A stretch of 64,000 bases of DNA, from the NCBI GenBank assembly GCA_049472335.1, contig JBLIRO010000006.1, forward strand, positions 22,874-86,873. Direction: 5' to 3'. Numbering within the stretch: position 1 is the first letter of the stretch; each line of letters begins with the position of its first letter. The notes beneath the pieces are model-generated. The model worked only from the letters and a program-made list of their open reading frames with translations, was not told the origin of the DNA and did not search any database. The position numbers and the translations under genes were made by a program. The stretch is from a bacterium. Its GTDB lineage: Bacteria; SZUA-182; DTGQ01; JAFGSM01. This document shows, piece by piece, positions 20,534 through 31,042 of this stretch.

Positions 20534-21655
20534 TTATCTCAATCTGAGCAATTGCGAAAGACTTTCCACAGTTGCATTTATCTCTGTCGTTTGGTCATCT
20601 ATAATGAATTTGCTGCTTATTATAAAGGATTTTATTTGCATCCTGACCAAAATTCCCTGTGTTACATCAAATACAATTATACCCTCGATTTTTCCTTTTG
20701 ACTCCATTTTGCCTGATAAAACAGCTTTTGGCTGAACCATAAGCTCTTCTTTTCTTTTGTTCCGAAGTATACTCATGGGAACCGGTTTATCACAAGATGC
20801 CAGAGAGATTGCAGAGGCCAAATCCGACCAGCCTTGAATATTCATATTGTCAAAGCTGCTGATTATATCGCCTCTTAAAACTCCCGCTTTTTCTGCGGGT
20901 GTTCCGGGTATGACCTCTGATACTACAACTTTTTGCCCGTTCTCCCCCGGTTTCTCTGCCCATTTTACACCTATAATCTTGTCAATCACTACTTCCTGCT
21001 TCGGTTGATTAACATCCGCTTCAAAGGTTATCTTTGCCCAGTTATGTCCGTCAACATCTGCAAGGCCTATCAATTGATAATTGCATTCTCCACTCGCGAT
21101 AGCTTGCGGGAGTGTTGGCGCAAAAGCAATGTTCACGACGCCTGTCCATGTTGAACCTATTTTCAATGGATTATCAGGAAACACAGGCAGAGATCTGATA
21201 TCTATTAATCCCCTGATATCTTTCATTTGACCGGAAGGTGTTATAGAAAAGCTTCCCAATTCTGAAGAGGAGTGAAGCAGGAATTTAAACAACTCATATC
21301 CTGTTCCCCTGCTGCTGAATTCCTTTCCTTTTAAAACGATTCGTGCGGTTCCATCTTTTTTAACCTCTTCCACATGGTATTCAAGGGTCAGAGAATGATC
21401 CTGTTCAGTTGCCTTTTCTTCACCGGATACCGTCGCTTTTTGTGTTTCACGGTAGACCGCCCTTGATCCTTTCGAAAATTTCCATTCGATGACAACATCT
21501 TCCCTGCTGTCTTCCTTCCATGTCAGGTTCTCCCATACCTGCTCATCCACTATGTATGAGCCCCTTTTCGTTGTCATACATGAACTGTTCGTGAATCCAA
21601 CAATACAATATAACAGCAAAAACGGTATTGAGAGTTTCAGCTTTAAATATTGCAT
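20534..21655 (-). CDS. Probable lipoprotein with an internal PDZ domain
   Basis: Hydrophobic leader ending SSC; VVVSEVIPGTPAEKAGVLRGDIISSFD PDZ motif inside a beta-rich scaffold. Confidence 0.75.
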   Translation of the reverse strand: MQYLKLKLSIPFLLLYCIVGFTNSSCMTTKRGSYIVDEQVWENLTWKEDSREDVVIEWKFSKGSRAVYRETQKATVSGEEKATEQDHSLTLEYHVEEVKKDGTARIVLKGKEFSSRGTGYELFKFLLHSSSELGSFSITPSGQMKDIRGLIDIRSLPVFPDNPLKIGSTWTGVVNIAFAPTLPQAIASGECNYQLIGLADVDGHNWAKITFEADVNQPKQEVVIDKIIGVKWAEKPGENGQKVVVSEVIPGTPAEKAGVLRGDIISSFDNMNIQGWSDLASAISLASCDKPVPMSILRNKRKEELMVQPKAVLSGKMESKGKIEGIIVFDVTQGILVRMQIKSFIISSKFIIDDQTTEINATVESLSQLLRLR

Positions 21656-21739
21656 TTAAAGACCCCTTTTAAGATGTACAAGGCTTAAGATGGTTTTAAA
21701 TCCCTCCTGTTTTTATTTATATTTCACACGTAACCATTA

Positions 21740-24700
21740 TTAGACAGCCTCTACTATCCTTTGGGCTATTACGGCCTCAGACTGGATCATCAGGAACTCA
21801 GGGTTGAATCCATCTAAAAGATTATCCTGCCAGGGCATATTCCACTCCGTGACTATATCGATAACTTCATTGTATTTCATTCCCATGGCACTGATTTTCT
21901 TGTCCAGGCTGAGATCCTCAAAAAAGTTTACATGAAGAACCAAAAGGTATTCCTCCCCGTCTTTTTTGCCGATTAAAGGGAAGATGATAATCTGTGCCTT
22001 GTCCCATAAGCCGAGCCCCATATAGACCTCGCCTCTTTCAACAACCTTCCTTTTAGTCCCTCGCAAAGTATTATCATTATTTACCCTGGATGGCATGTTT
22101 TTCGTAATGCCATAACGTTCGATTATACTTATCCGGGAATCCGCGGTAGGAGCACCGAATGGGTCCAGGCCCGTTACATGATAGAGGGTTGCACCCTTTA
22201 CCTCCTCTACGGCTGGCTGTATCTGTTTTAGCCTGGAGATTATGGGAGGGCCCAGGTCTGATTGAGAAAAGCCCATTTGGGGGATAATATTAAAGATTGT
22301 CCCGGTCAGGGTTGCAGGCAGCCTGCTGGTGCCTACCGTAACTGTTTTTGCCTGGTGCTTGATGGCGTCTATGGGCCTAGACAACTGGTCAATCACCTCA
22401 TCCACTACCTGGCAAAGCAGTATCAGAGGATCGCTGTGACTTGCCAAAGATCCGAAATGATTTGCCATTTCGTTCACCGGAATATGTCCCATGGCATATC
22501 GACCCGCAAGCGCCAGATTACATAATGTCTGCGGTCGGACTATGGAATCGAATCTGCCTTCTTGTTTTTTTTGCATTACAGACCTTTCAAATTCCTTTAA
22601 TGACAAACGTATTTCACGGTCATAGATCATATCCGGGCCCTCATTGCCCAGACCTGAAAGAAGTTCGATCCTTTTGTTGAACTGTATTTTAAATTCCTTG
22701 AAGAAATCTGCCTCTTCATTCATTGCCCTGGCAACATAGTAACCCCACAAATGACCTGCCAATGTATTGAGAATAGGTGAAAATCTCTCATTGATATCAG
22801 GCACAAAGAATAGGGCGTCAGCAAGCCCGTTAAAGCGATCTTCCCCCTCTGTGGCGATACATACAACCGTGGCCTGATGGGCCTTGAATATGGCAGTGTC
22901 CTTTATCACATCCCCCAGGACGGTTTCCCTGTTTCCTGCAGCACATATTATTATTAAAGGTTCTGCGGACAGATCAATGTGCTTTCTATCCTCCACCACA
23001 TCCGCCGGCAATGTCTTATAACAAAGCTCGCTCAACTTGATCCTGATCTCATCAGCGGCCACTTTATTAGGTCCGCTTCCGACCACAGACCAATTCCTTT
23101 TTGAAAGGGCAATGGATCCGGCAGCGGATTTTATTATATCCTTTTGCTCTTCTATTATTTTAGCCATGAGGTTTGGCAGATTCATAAGATCTCTTATCTC
23201 CGAGACAATATACCCTTCCGACTTTGTCCCCAGGATCTGGGCTATTCTTAGACCGAGCAAGCAACCCGCAACAATCTGGGAATAAAAGGCCTTTGTAGAT
23301 GCCACGGACATTTCAATATCCCTGCCGTCACTCGTGTAAAATATTCCGTCTACTTTTGTAGTGATATCCGAATCCCGTCTGTTTACGATGGCCATGGTAA
23401 AAGCATCGCGGTTTCTAGCAAGATCGACGGCTTTGTTCGTGTCAGTAGTTGTTCCGGATTGTGTAACAGCGAGTACCAGGGTATCCGACATGGAACGATC
23501 GAGGCCGAATCCGCTTAATTCGGATGCCTTGGTAGCGCATACGGATATGGAAGTCCTGGCGAGATATTCAGACATGAGCATGGCGATGCCTTGTGCCGCA
23601 ACCCCTGCGGTCCCTTGTCCCATAAGGTATATGTTCCTGATCTTATCAGCTTTTAATGCATCAATAATACTGAGGGGCAATATCTCCTCTCCCAGGTTAA
23701 ATCTGACGTGTCGGTCTCCTTCCCTCTTTATGATAGTTGCCTTGCCCCTGATTGTTTTACGAACGGATTCAGGCGCCTGGCTGATCTCTTTTAGAAAAAA
23801 GTGGGGGAAACCCTGCCTGTCTATGTCACGCGTGGTAATCTGCGCCGACTTGATAAAGGATTCATTCAATGACAAAGGATGCCCGTCGTAAAACCAAGCG
23901 CTAAGTCCCTCCAGGCCTCCTTTGGTATCGAGCATAAAGATTTGTCCCTGGGTTTTAGGATCGCCGGGCACCCTCTCTTTCTCCCCATCCAGTTTTATAT
24001 AAAACATGGTCTTTTCCACAAGCCCATATACCTCAGAAGCTGCAATATAACAGTTGTTTGCAATGCCAATAAAAATGGCCTGTCCGCTTCCCCGCTGGGC
24101 AAGATAAATATGGTCTGGTTCCTTATCGGACTGAAGCGCTATGGCATGCGAACCTTCAAAATCAGACACGGCCATACGGAATGCCTCTTTTAATGAAAGG
24201 CCTTTCCTCAGATAATGTGTCACCCATAGGGGTATAATTTTTGTATCCGTAGTGATGTGAGAGGGTATTTGGATGCCGTCCTCTTCCTCGATCCTTTGCT
24301 TCAGGTCCCGGTAGTTATCGATATCACCGTTCAGTACGACATTTATCTGAGACTCCTTAGATTCATCAAAGCCTGACCGGTTGTCAAGAGGGTGGCAGTT
24401 GGCTTCTGTTATATCCCCAACGGATGCCCATCTCGTGTGAGCAATGGTTTGGGAAAAGATATCAGGCTGTGAAAGCGCCAACTTGAACAGATGATCCTCC
24501 GCAATCTCCTTTCTCAGGAATAATACGTTATCTCCTAGTCGGCCGAGTTCACGTGCCGTTTTAAAAATAAAAAAAAGGGCAGGGGAATTGGCCTTGATGG
24601 ATTTATGAATCATGTCCTTTCTTAATTTTCGGTTACTATATTCCTCTGAAAGGCCTTCCTCTTGGACAATCTCCTCCCAAGCGCTCAATGCACCCTTATC

Positions 24701-25426
24701 AGGAAAACGGACCATAACCGAAACACCTGCAGAATCCCTTCCCCTTATCTCCAGACGATCGAGGTTATTAAGGATAACATTCACCTTTGTCATCTCATGG
24801 ATCAGATCAGGAGAAATCTTGTTTCTATCCTTTTCCAGCAAAGGATCGATTAGAGAGCGGACCTTTTCTAAATTGAGAAGAAGTTCCTTCTCAAGCCACC
24901 ATATGCAGTCCCTGAGAAGTATCAAACGAGTGTTTACAAGCTCGAGATCGGAGGAGGGTATTCTAAAACCTGACTGATCAAGTAAAGCTTCTTCCTCTGC
25001 CAGGAAAGAATGCATGTCCTGAACCTGGGCCTTAATGGCCTTCTGTGATTCCATGTCCTTAAAGATATATTTAAATACCTTTAAGTCCTTAAGGGAAATA
25101 ATCGTATCTTTTAATTTATCGAGGCTCTCTTCGTCCTTAAGGTATTCATCCGCGCTTATCTTCTTTTTGGTTAACGACTTAAGCCTGTTGGATATTATTT
25201 CTGACCATATTTCTCTCACTTTTTTGATATCGGACCGGTATGATTCAATATTATCTTTGTTTTTACTGGTTTTATATTCCAGTATGCCAATAAGACCACA
25301 GCAAAGACGATCTGAATTAAGAGGGAAAAGGATCAGGGTTTCCTCCGGCACAGAAGATGAAGCCCTGCCAAAATATATAGGCGTCTTTAAAAAAGACCTT
25401 ATTTTAAGAAAAAAAGATAAGAACAC
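21740..25426 (-). CDS. glmS: Expanded glutamine--fructose-6-phosphate aminotransferase-like protein (GATase-2 plus two SIS domains and extensions)
   Basis: CCGLIG, LEIRGRDSAG, AHTRWA, NGDIDNY, TQSGTTTDT, VASTKAF, AKTVTVG; start codon (GTG) uncertain. Confidence 0.8.
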   Translation of the reverse strand: MFLSFFLKIRSFLKTPIYFGRASSSVPEETLILFPLNSDRLCCGLIGILEYKTSKNKDNIESYRSDIKKVREIWSEIISNRLKSLTKKKISADEYLKDEESLDKLKDTIISLKDLKVFKYIFKDMESQKAIKAQVQDMHSFLAEEEALLDQSGFRIPSSDLELVNTRLILLRDCIWWLEKELLLNLEKVRSLIDPLLEKDRNKISPDLIHEMTKVNVILNNLDRLEIRGRDSAGVSVMVRFPDKGALSAWEEIVQEEGLSEEYSNRKLRKDMIHKSIKANSPALFFIFKTARELGRLGDNVLFLRKEIAEDHLFKLALSQPDIFSQTIAHTRWASVGDITEANCHPLDNRSGFDESKESQINVVLNGDIDNYRDLKQRIEEEDGIQIPSHITTDTKIIPLWVTHYLRKGLSLKEAFRMAVSDFEGSHAIALQSDKEPDHIYLAQRGSGQAIFIGIANNCYIAASEVYGLVEKTMFYIKLDGEKERVPGDPKTQGQIFMLDTKGGLEGLSAWFYDGHPLSLNESFIKSAQITTRDIDRQGFPHFFLKEISQAPESVRKTIRGKATIIKREGDRHVRFNLGEEILPLSIIDALKADKIRNIYLMGQGTAGVAAQGIAMLMSEYLARTSISVCATKASELSGFGLDRSMSDTLVLAVTQSGTTTDTNKAVDLARNRDAFTMAIVNRRDSDITTKVDGIFYTSDGRDIEMSVASTKAFYSQIVAGCLLGLRIAQILGTKSEGYIVSEIRDLMNLPNLMAKIIEEQKDIIKSAAGSIALSKRNWSVVGSGPNKVAADEIRIKLSELCYKTLPADVVEDRKHIDLSAEPLIIICAAGNRETVLGDVIKDTAIFKAHQATVVCIATEGEDRFNGLADALFFVPDINERFSPILNTLAGHLWGYYVARAMNEEADFFKEFKIQFNKRIELLSGLGNEGPDMIYDREIRLSLKEFERSVMQKKQEGRFDSIVRPQTLCNLALAGRYAMGHIPVNEMANHFGSLASHSDPLILLCQVVDEVIDQLSRPIDAIKHQAKTVTVGTSRLPATLTGTIFNIIPQMGFSQSDLGPPIISRLKQIQPAVEEVKGATLYHVTGLDPFGAPTADSRISIIERYGITKNMPSRVNNDNTLRGTKRKVVERGEVYMGLGLWDKAQIIIFPLIGKKDGEEYLLVLHVNFFEDLSLDKKISAMGMKYNEVIDIVTEWNMPWQDNLLDGFNPEFLMIQSEAVIAQRIVEAV

Positions 25427-25569
25427 AAAAAATTCTTTTGGAATATTTATTCTTTTGGTTGATTAATAAATTATAGAGAACTATAAATAACTAACAATTA
25501 TTATATTATAAATTAATTGAATTATATTATACATTAATTCTTACTATATGGCAAATAACCGGCAATTCT

Positions 25570-25598
25570 AATAAGTAAGCTTTGTAAACAACGTACCC
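25570..25598 (+). repeat. Solo copy of one arm of the 10588-10680 inverted repeat
   Basis: AATAAGTAAGCTTTGTAAACAACGTACCC matches 10647-10675 at 27/29. Confidence 0.8.
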
Positions 25599-25616
25599 TT
25601 AATTGCTTTTAATTGC

Positions 25617-26036
25617 TTAAAGAACGATTATATCTATAGATAATATTTCTGCAGGCTTTGATAATGACCTATCAGCTGTTATAATTCTTAAACCTTTCGA
25701 GAATGCTGCAGCTAAATGAAGAGCATCGAGGGTACTGAGAGCTGTATTAAATTGCCTTATCCATTCTCGGGCCAATCTATAGTGGTTTGATTCAATGGGG
25801 AGTTTAATATAAAAACCTTCATCCAAATGAGAAAGGAATTTTTTTATAATTTGGACCGCATCGTTTTTCTTTATTCCTCCTTCTCGAACTTTCCTGGATA
25901 TTGCCGAACATAGCTCAACTTCAACCAGATTGCTGATAACCGGCTGATCATTACCGAGAATATATTCTTCAACCTTTTCACTCAACGGCTCAGGACAATA
26001 ATACGCAGCCAATACACTAGTATCGACATAGTACAT
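25617..26036 (-). CDS. vapC: VapC-family PIN-domain toxin
   Basis: YVDTSVL, VEL.SA, TLDALHLAAA, ITADRSL. Confidence 0.92.
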   Translation of the reverse strand: MYYVDTSVLAAYYCPEPLSEKVEEYILGNDQPVISNLVEVELCSAISRKVREGGIKKNDAVQIIKKFLSHLDEGFYIKLPIESNHYRLAREWIRQFNTALSTLDALHLAAAFSKGLRIITADRSLSKPAEILSIDIIVL

Positions 26037-26269
26037 TAATAACGTTCCTTTTTTCTAGCCTTAATAACTGTATCACTCAGAGTATTTGTCTCTATATGTA
26101 TTGAGGACCGAAATTTCTTTAATGAGGGTAATTTCTTAATATTGTCATTAGGGCTTATTATACGGGCGACTTCTTTTCCGTGCCGGGTAATAATCACTTC
26201 CTCTCCTTCTTCCACCCGGTCAAGAAGTGAACTCAATTTACTCCTTGCCTCTTTTACGTTTATCTTCAT
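26036..26269 (-). CDS. Phd/YefM-family antitoxin
   Basis: INVKEARSKLSSLLDRVEEGEEVIITRHGKEVARI; TAATG coupling to the toxin. Confidence 0.92.
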   Translation of the reverse strand: MKINVKEARSKLSSLLDRVEEGEEVIITRHGKEVARIISPNDNIKKLPSLKKFRSSIHIETNTLSDTVIKARKKERY

Positions 26270-26290
26270 ATGGACTTATCTCCTTTCAAA

Positions 26291-26330
26291 GTGTACATAA
26301 TTAGTATACACCTTTAGGGAAATTTGTCAA
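26291..26330 (-). promoter_or_regulatory. TA promoter with overlapping palindromic operator
   Basis: Minus strand TTGACA-16 bp-TATACT; imperfect palindrome GTGTACATAATTAGTATACAC over the -10. Confidence 0.75.
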
Positions 26331-26538
26331 TAGTCATTCAAAACAAACCGATCAGATTTATTCATATTTCCGATAGTATTCAAGAGGGGTACTTGTATAT
26401 ATTTTCAGACTATTTAAGTAAAATTATAAGGCTAATGAAAAGGCAGAATGGAAAGTAAATACAAAATACAATATGTCCCAATATTAAAGCAGAATTTTTT
26501 AAAAAGTATTAAAACCTATAGGAGGATACTGTATACTT

Positions 26539-29500
26539 ATGAAAACTTTGAAATACAGGATTATTGCCTGCCTTCTTGCAATTGGGATTATTGGTTCCTC
26601 TGCCTTGGCAAAGATGAGACCTTTAACCGAGATGGAAGACCAGTTCGTAAAGCCGAATATTCTGGTAATTCTGGATACTTCCGGGAGCATGATGAGGGAT
26701 ACAACCGGAAATATCCTGAGCGCACCGGATACGAAAGGCAGAACACACGGGGATCACGCGGAAAGCCGTCTGAATATCGCGAAAGGGGTAATTACCAATG
26801 TCCTGGACGAAACCAGGGACCTGGCCAACTTCGGCCTCATGTCATTCAAACAAACCCATTTTGGTTTAAACACCAACCAAAAAGGCTACTTCCCATATTA
26901 TAAGGCTAGTACCGATTCCTCGACAACAGAAACCATATACCTTCCAAAATATAAATTAGACCAGGCAAGATATACAGTCAGTGGTGTCCCCAACAAGAGA
27001 GCAAACTCCGGCCCACCAAACTTTACACCAGTAAACTCATTTGTATACAATGGAATTACATACACCCTCAAATCCTCAAATAACAGCAAGTACAGAAGAT
27101 GGTCCGTTGATCTTAAGGCCGACAGATACGCAGACCACAACCATAGCGGATACATTGCCACATTCCAGGACCCGGACCCGAATAATCCTCATACCTTTAC
27201 ATGGAAATATGAGGGAAGCTATTATGAATACACTAAATATGGTTTCCATACAATGAGCCAACTTGCCCATGAGATTGATCATTATAATTGTATTTCAGGG
27301 AAAGTTGTGGCCTGGGTGAGAGTCCCGGTTCTTAATCATGATAAAGATACTATTATTTATATTTATTATGGAAATAGCAGTATAAGTGCTCCCACTGAAA
27401 ATTCGAATCAAGTTTGGGATGAAAACTACATGGCTGTCTGGCACCTTAGAGAAAAGGCAAATGGGAGTGGAAAGGAATATAAAGACAGTACATCTAACTA
27501 TAATGATGGTAGAGGTGGTGGCGGAACACCAGCTCTTGTGCCCGAAATAACAAGCTCCGGGAAAATAGGTTATGCCCAGGATTTATATGGGGATGATTAT
27601 ATTGAATTCCCAGATAGTGCAAGTTTAAAATTGACCGATGCCATAACCCTTTCCGGATGGATTAATCTAAGAAATTTTGGATCGGGTGATGATGTCGATG
27701 TACTCATTCGTAGACGTAAAAATATTCCTCCTGACTACCAGCTCGTGTTTGACGATTCATACCCTCAATTTGTTTTAAATGGGGGGGATGATGATCCAAT
27801 CATTGGCAGTACATATCTTTTCCCTAATACATGGTATTATATCGTCGGCACCTGGAAATCTGGTGGATCGCGTACAGTTTACCTTAATGGTTCTTCAGAT
27901 GGAACAGGATCATTCACTGGCCCTATAGAAATTCATAAGGGTAGTTTATACCTGGGTGGAATGGAAGAATTTGATTCTATTGACGGCCTGTTGGACGAGG
28001 TCCGCATCTCCAACGTTGAACGTTCGACTGATTGGATCATGACCGAATACAACAACCAGAACTCACCATCGACCTTTTACAGCCTATCAAGTAGTTCACC
28101 GGATCCAGGCGATTTTGAGAGATATATGAAGATAACCATTGATCATACAAAGGTCAGCGGCAACTCCGACCTGTACAACTTCCCTGTCCTTATCATTATA
28201 CAAGACCCTGAATTAAGCACTTTAGGATATGTAAACAGCACTAATGGCTATGACATTGTCTTTAAGCAAGATGCCATGGACAATTTATATCATTTTGATA
28301 CATATTATGGCCAGGAATTCATTGCCGACGGAACCGAAGACGAAGGCGGAGGCGCGAGTGCGCCGGTAGACCCTAATGATGTATTTGTTTATTATCCCGG
28401 CAAGGACGGAATAGACTTCAATTACGACAGTGTTGCTGGCTGGACTGATTCCAACTATCCGGTAGGCGCTTTGGATAAATACGATCCTAACCGCGGCGGG
28501 ATTCTCCTTGCACCTTTCTCATTCTCTACAGACCAGTCCGTGCAGGATGAAAAGGTCAATGAAATCATACAATGGATGGAGCCTCAAAACCGAGGGGGAT
28601 TGATTGCCGCTGGTTATACTCCTACGGGATCAACTCTTAAAAATACAGTATCTGACACCAATTACTATGATAACGCATACAGCTATTTTGTCAATGAGGT
28701 GATTCCCAATGATCCCGTATCATGCAGAAAGAATCTTATTCTATTCGTTACGGACGGGGAACCGAGTCCTATCTCTGAAAAAACGGACGCGGTCAATGCA
28801 GCTTCCACTCTTTATAATGATAAAGATGTAACTGTTTATATGATAGGCTTCGGCTCAGATACCACCGGAAGCCCGACACTCGACAGTATTGCAAATGCCG
28901 GCGGGTGCCCGTTGAAGCCGGACGGCCATTACGCATACTTTACCTCCGATCAAAGCTCGTTGGAGGAAGCCATAAAACAGATAGTTCTCGAGGCAGCGGC
29001 AGGGGATTATGTCACATCTGCCCCGACAACGGGTACAGGCGCCAACAGCCGTATGGAAGGGAATATTGGATTGCTCTCCTCATGCGAGTTTCCTTATTGG
29101 AAAGGGCATATGGTTGCAACCGATCTTCTGGATAGCACCCAGTTATGGGACGCAGGCATTCAACTGGATGCCAACCATATTGTCTATAATGCTAGAAAAA
29201 TATATACTTCCAATCTATCCACTTGCGCTATTGTTTCTTTCTTTGACTCGGGAAGCCCGAATGCGGCAGCCCTGTTCAGCCTCGGATTAGGAGCGAGTGA
29301 AAAAGAAGCCTCCGATATCATAGAATTTATCTCAGGCAAGGACAGGTTCTGGAGGCTGGCCGATATAACCAATTGCACACCTATAGTCGTAGGTACGCCA
29401 TATGTACCCAATGAGCGTTCTTCGACCCCGGGACACGATCTCTTTGAGCTGAAGTATCAGAACAGAAACAAGGTCATATATACCGGGTCAAATGACTGCA

Positions 29501-30909
29501 TGATTCACTGTTTTTCCATGTATGATGGTCATGAAGTCTTTGCTTATGTGCCTCCGGATCTATTTCCCAAGTTAACCCGGATCTTTCTAAACGGAGAGCA
29601 TATTGTGACGCCTTCCAAGCATATCTATGGTGTTGCCGCCTCCCCGAAGGCATATGACATCTTCCATGATGGGGTATGGAAAACAGTTCTGGTCTCGGGA
29701 GAAGGCCCGGGCGGATATAATTATTTTGCCCTTGACGTGACACATCCGTCACCTGGTGATCCCGGTTATATTGCCAATACGCCCTTTTCTATGCTCTGGC
29801 ATACCGGGGACGCACTTCACAACGCAACATACGGCTCCATTATAGGTGAGTCCTGGTCCACACCAGCGTTTGGTAAAATTACCTATGATGACGGTGGAAG
29901 TGCTGTTTCAAAATACTTGACATTTCTGGGCTCCGGATACAATGATCCGGTCAGCAGTGATGTTGAAGGCACCACCTTCATGGCCATAAAATTTGATACA
30001 GGTGCCGAAAACGGCCAGATCGTATTCAGCGAAGACATAGGATCAGCTTCAACTATTGTTGATCATGCCCTTGTGGCGGATGCTGTTTGTTATGAAAACA
30101 ACGGAGTCATAACCGATTCCTATATAGCAGATACCAGCGGAAAAATCCGGCATATAGATACCAGCGGAAATCCCACGGGATGGTCTATGAATATCATTTA
30201 TGATGCCAGTGTAAATCAACCCTTTTTCTATTCACCCGCCGTGCTTCAATTAGGATCGGGTGCATCCGCAAAGACTCTTATAGTGGCCGGGTCCGGTTCA
30301 TCCGATGACCCGGATATCAATCAATCAGGCTCGACTTTTTCCACAACGCTCTATCTGCTTTTGTTTGATTCCAATCACTTTCTTTTACACTCTGAAGTAA
30401 TTTCTCTCATCGATTTAGTCATAGATCCCATTTCAACCAACTTTCCCCTGAGATCGAGGCTTACATGTTCCCCTGTCATTATAAAAAATGATATCTCTTC
30501 GTTTTATGAAGCGCTTTTTTTGGCTTATGTCCCCCCTGAGGATAATAATTGTGATATTGGTAAAACTTATCTTATAGTATATAAACTGGGACAATATGAG
30601 AATTTCAGCCTGAATCAAAAGGAATTCATCAAATCCCTTGAAGCAGGAGAAGGGAAGATAACAGGGATAGATGTTACCGCGAAAAGCTCCATCGTAGTTG
30701 GGGTAAGCGGACACGGTGGCGGCCAGACATCAACACTGACATGCATCCCTTCACCCCCGAATCCTGTATTTACCCAGGAATTGATTCAACTCTATTGGAA
30801 AGACCACTTCTCCTCGATGATTGAGGAGGAGGAAAATGTAGTACAATTAACCTCGCCAATCGAGGCTAATGACCAAAACATAACCCTGGATGAAATCCCT
30901 TACAGATAA
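26539..30909 (+). CDS. PilY1/PilC-like adhesin 1 (vWA plus beta-propeller) with inserted DUF2341/LamG module
   Basis: Signal peptide; KPNILVILDTSGSM MIDAS; TDGEP; YTGSNDCMIHCF, VFAYVP, GESWSTP propeller motifs; LYWKD; closely related to 51400-54705. Confidence 0.85.
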   Translation: MKTLKYRIIACLLAIGIIGSSALAKMRPLTEMEDQFVKPNILVILDTSGSMMRDTTGNILSAPDTKGRTHGDHAESRLNIAKGVITNVLDETRDLANFGLMSFKQTHFGLNTNQKGYFPYYKASTDSSTTETIYLPKYKLDQARYTVSGVPNKRANSGPPNFTPVNSFVYNGITYTLKSSNNSKYRRWSVDLKADRYADHNHSGYIATFQDPDPNNPHTFTWKYEGSYYEYTKYGFHTMSQLAHEIDHYNCISGKVVAWVRVPVLNHDKDTIIYIYYGNSSISAPTENSNQVWDENYMAVWHLREKANGSGKEYKDSTSNYNDGRGGGGTPALVPEITSSGKIGYAQDLYGDDYIEFPDSASLKLTDAITLSGWINLRNFGSGDDVDVLIRRRKNIPPDYQLVFDDSYPQFVLNGGDDDPIIGSTYLFPNTWYYIVGTWKSGGSRTVYLNGSSDGTGSFTGPIEIHKGSLYLGGMEEFDSIDGLLDEVRISNVERSTDWIMTEYNNQNSPSTFYSLSSSSPDPGDFERYMKITIDHTKVSGNSDLYNFPVLIIIQDPELSTLGYVNSTNGYDIVFKQDAMDNLYHFDTYYGQEFIADGTEDEGGGASAPVDPNDVFVYYPGKDGIDFNYDSVAGWTDSNYPVGALDKYDPNRGGILLAPFSFSTDQSVQDEKVNEIIQWMEPQNRGGLIAAGYTPTGSTLKNTVSDTNYYDNAYSYFVNEVIPNDPVSCRKNLILFVTDGEPSPISEKTDAVNAASTLYNDKDVTVYMIGFGSDTTGSPTLDSIANAGGCPLKPDGHYAYFTSDQSSLEEAIKQIVLEAAAGDYVTSAPTTGTGANSRMEGNIGLLSSCEFPYWKGHMVATDLLDSTQLWDAGIQLDANHIVYNARKIYTSNLSTCAIVSFFDSGSPNAAALFSLGLGASEKEASDIIEFISGKDRFWRLADITNCTPIVVGTPYVPNERSSTPGHDLFELKYQNRNKVIYTGSNDCMIHCFSMYDGHEVFAYVPPDLFPKLTRIFLNGEHIVTPSKHIYGVAASPKAYDIFHDGVWKTVLVSGEGPGGYNYFALDVTHPSPGDPGYIANTPFSMLWHTGDALHNATYGSIIGESWSTPAFGKITYDDGGSAVSKYLTFLGSGYNDPVSSDVEGTTFMAIKFDTGAENGQIVFSEDIGSASTIVDHALVADAVCYENNGVITDSYIADTSGKIRHIDTSGNPTGWSMNIIYDASVNQPFFYSPAVLQLGSGASAKTLIVAGSGSSDDPDINQSGSTFSTTLYLLLFDSNHFLLHSEVISLIDLVIDPISTNFPLRSRLTCSPVIIKNDISSFYEALFLAYVPPEDNNCDIGKTYLIVYKLGQYENFSLNQKEFIKSLEAGEGKITGIDVTAKSSIVVGVSGHGGGQTSTLTCIPSPPNPVFTQELIQLYWKDHFSSMIEEEENVVQLTSPIEANDQNITLDEIPYR

Positions 30910-31042
30910 AGATGTAGATTATTTTCTGAATTTGTAATACAATTATTATTAAATATTATGGTACTAATATCTATGGTTAATGAGAAAATATATAGCCAAT
31001 GAGAAAAAAACATATTAAAATTAAGTAAGGGTATAAGTCACT

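Noticed and set aside
26448..26903. 151-aa ORF overlapping the adhesin 1 start
   Set aside because: Alternate frame of a well-supported gene that has its own GGAGG RBS; no recognisable motif
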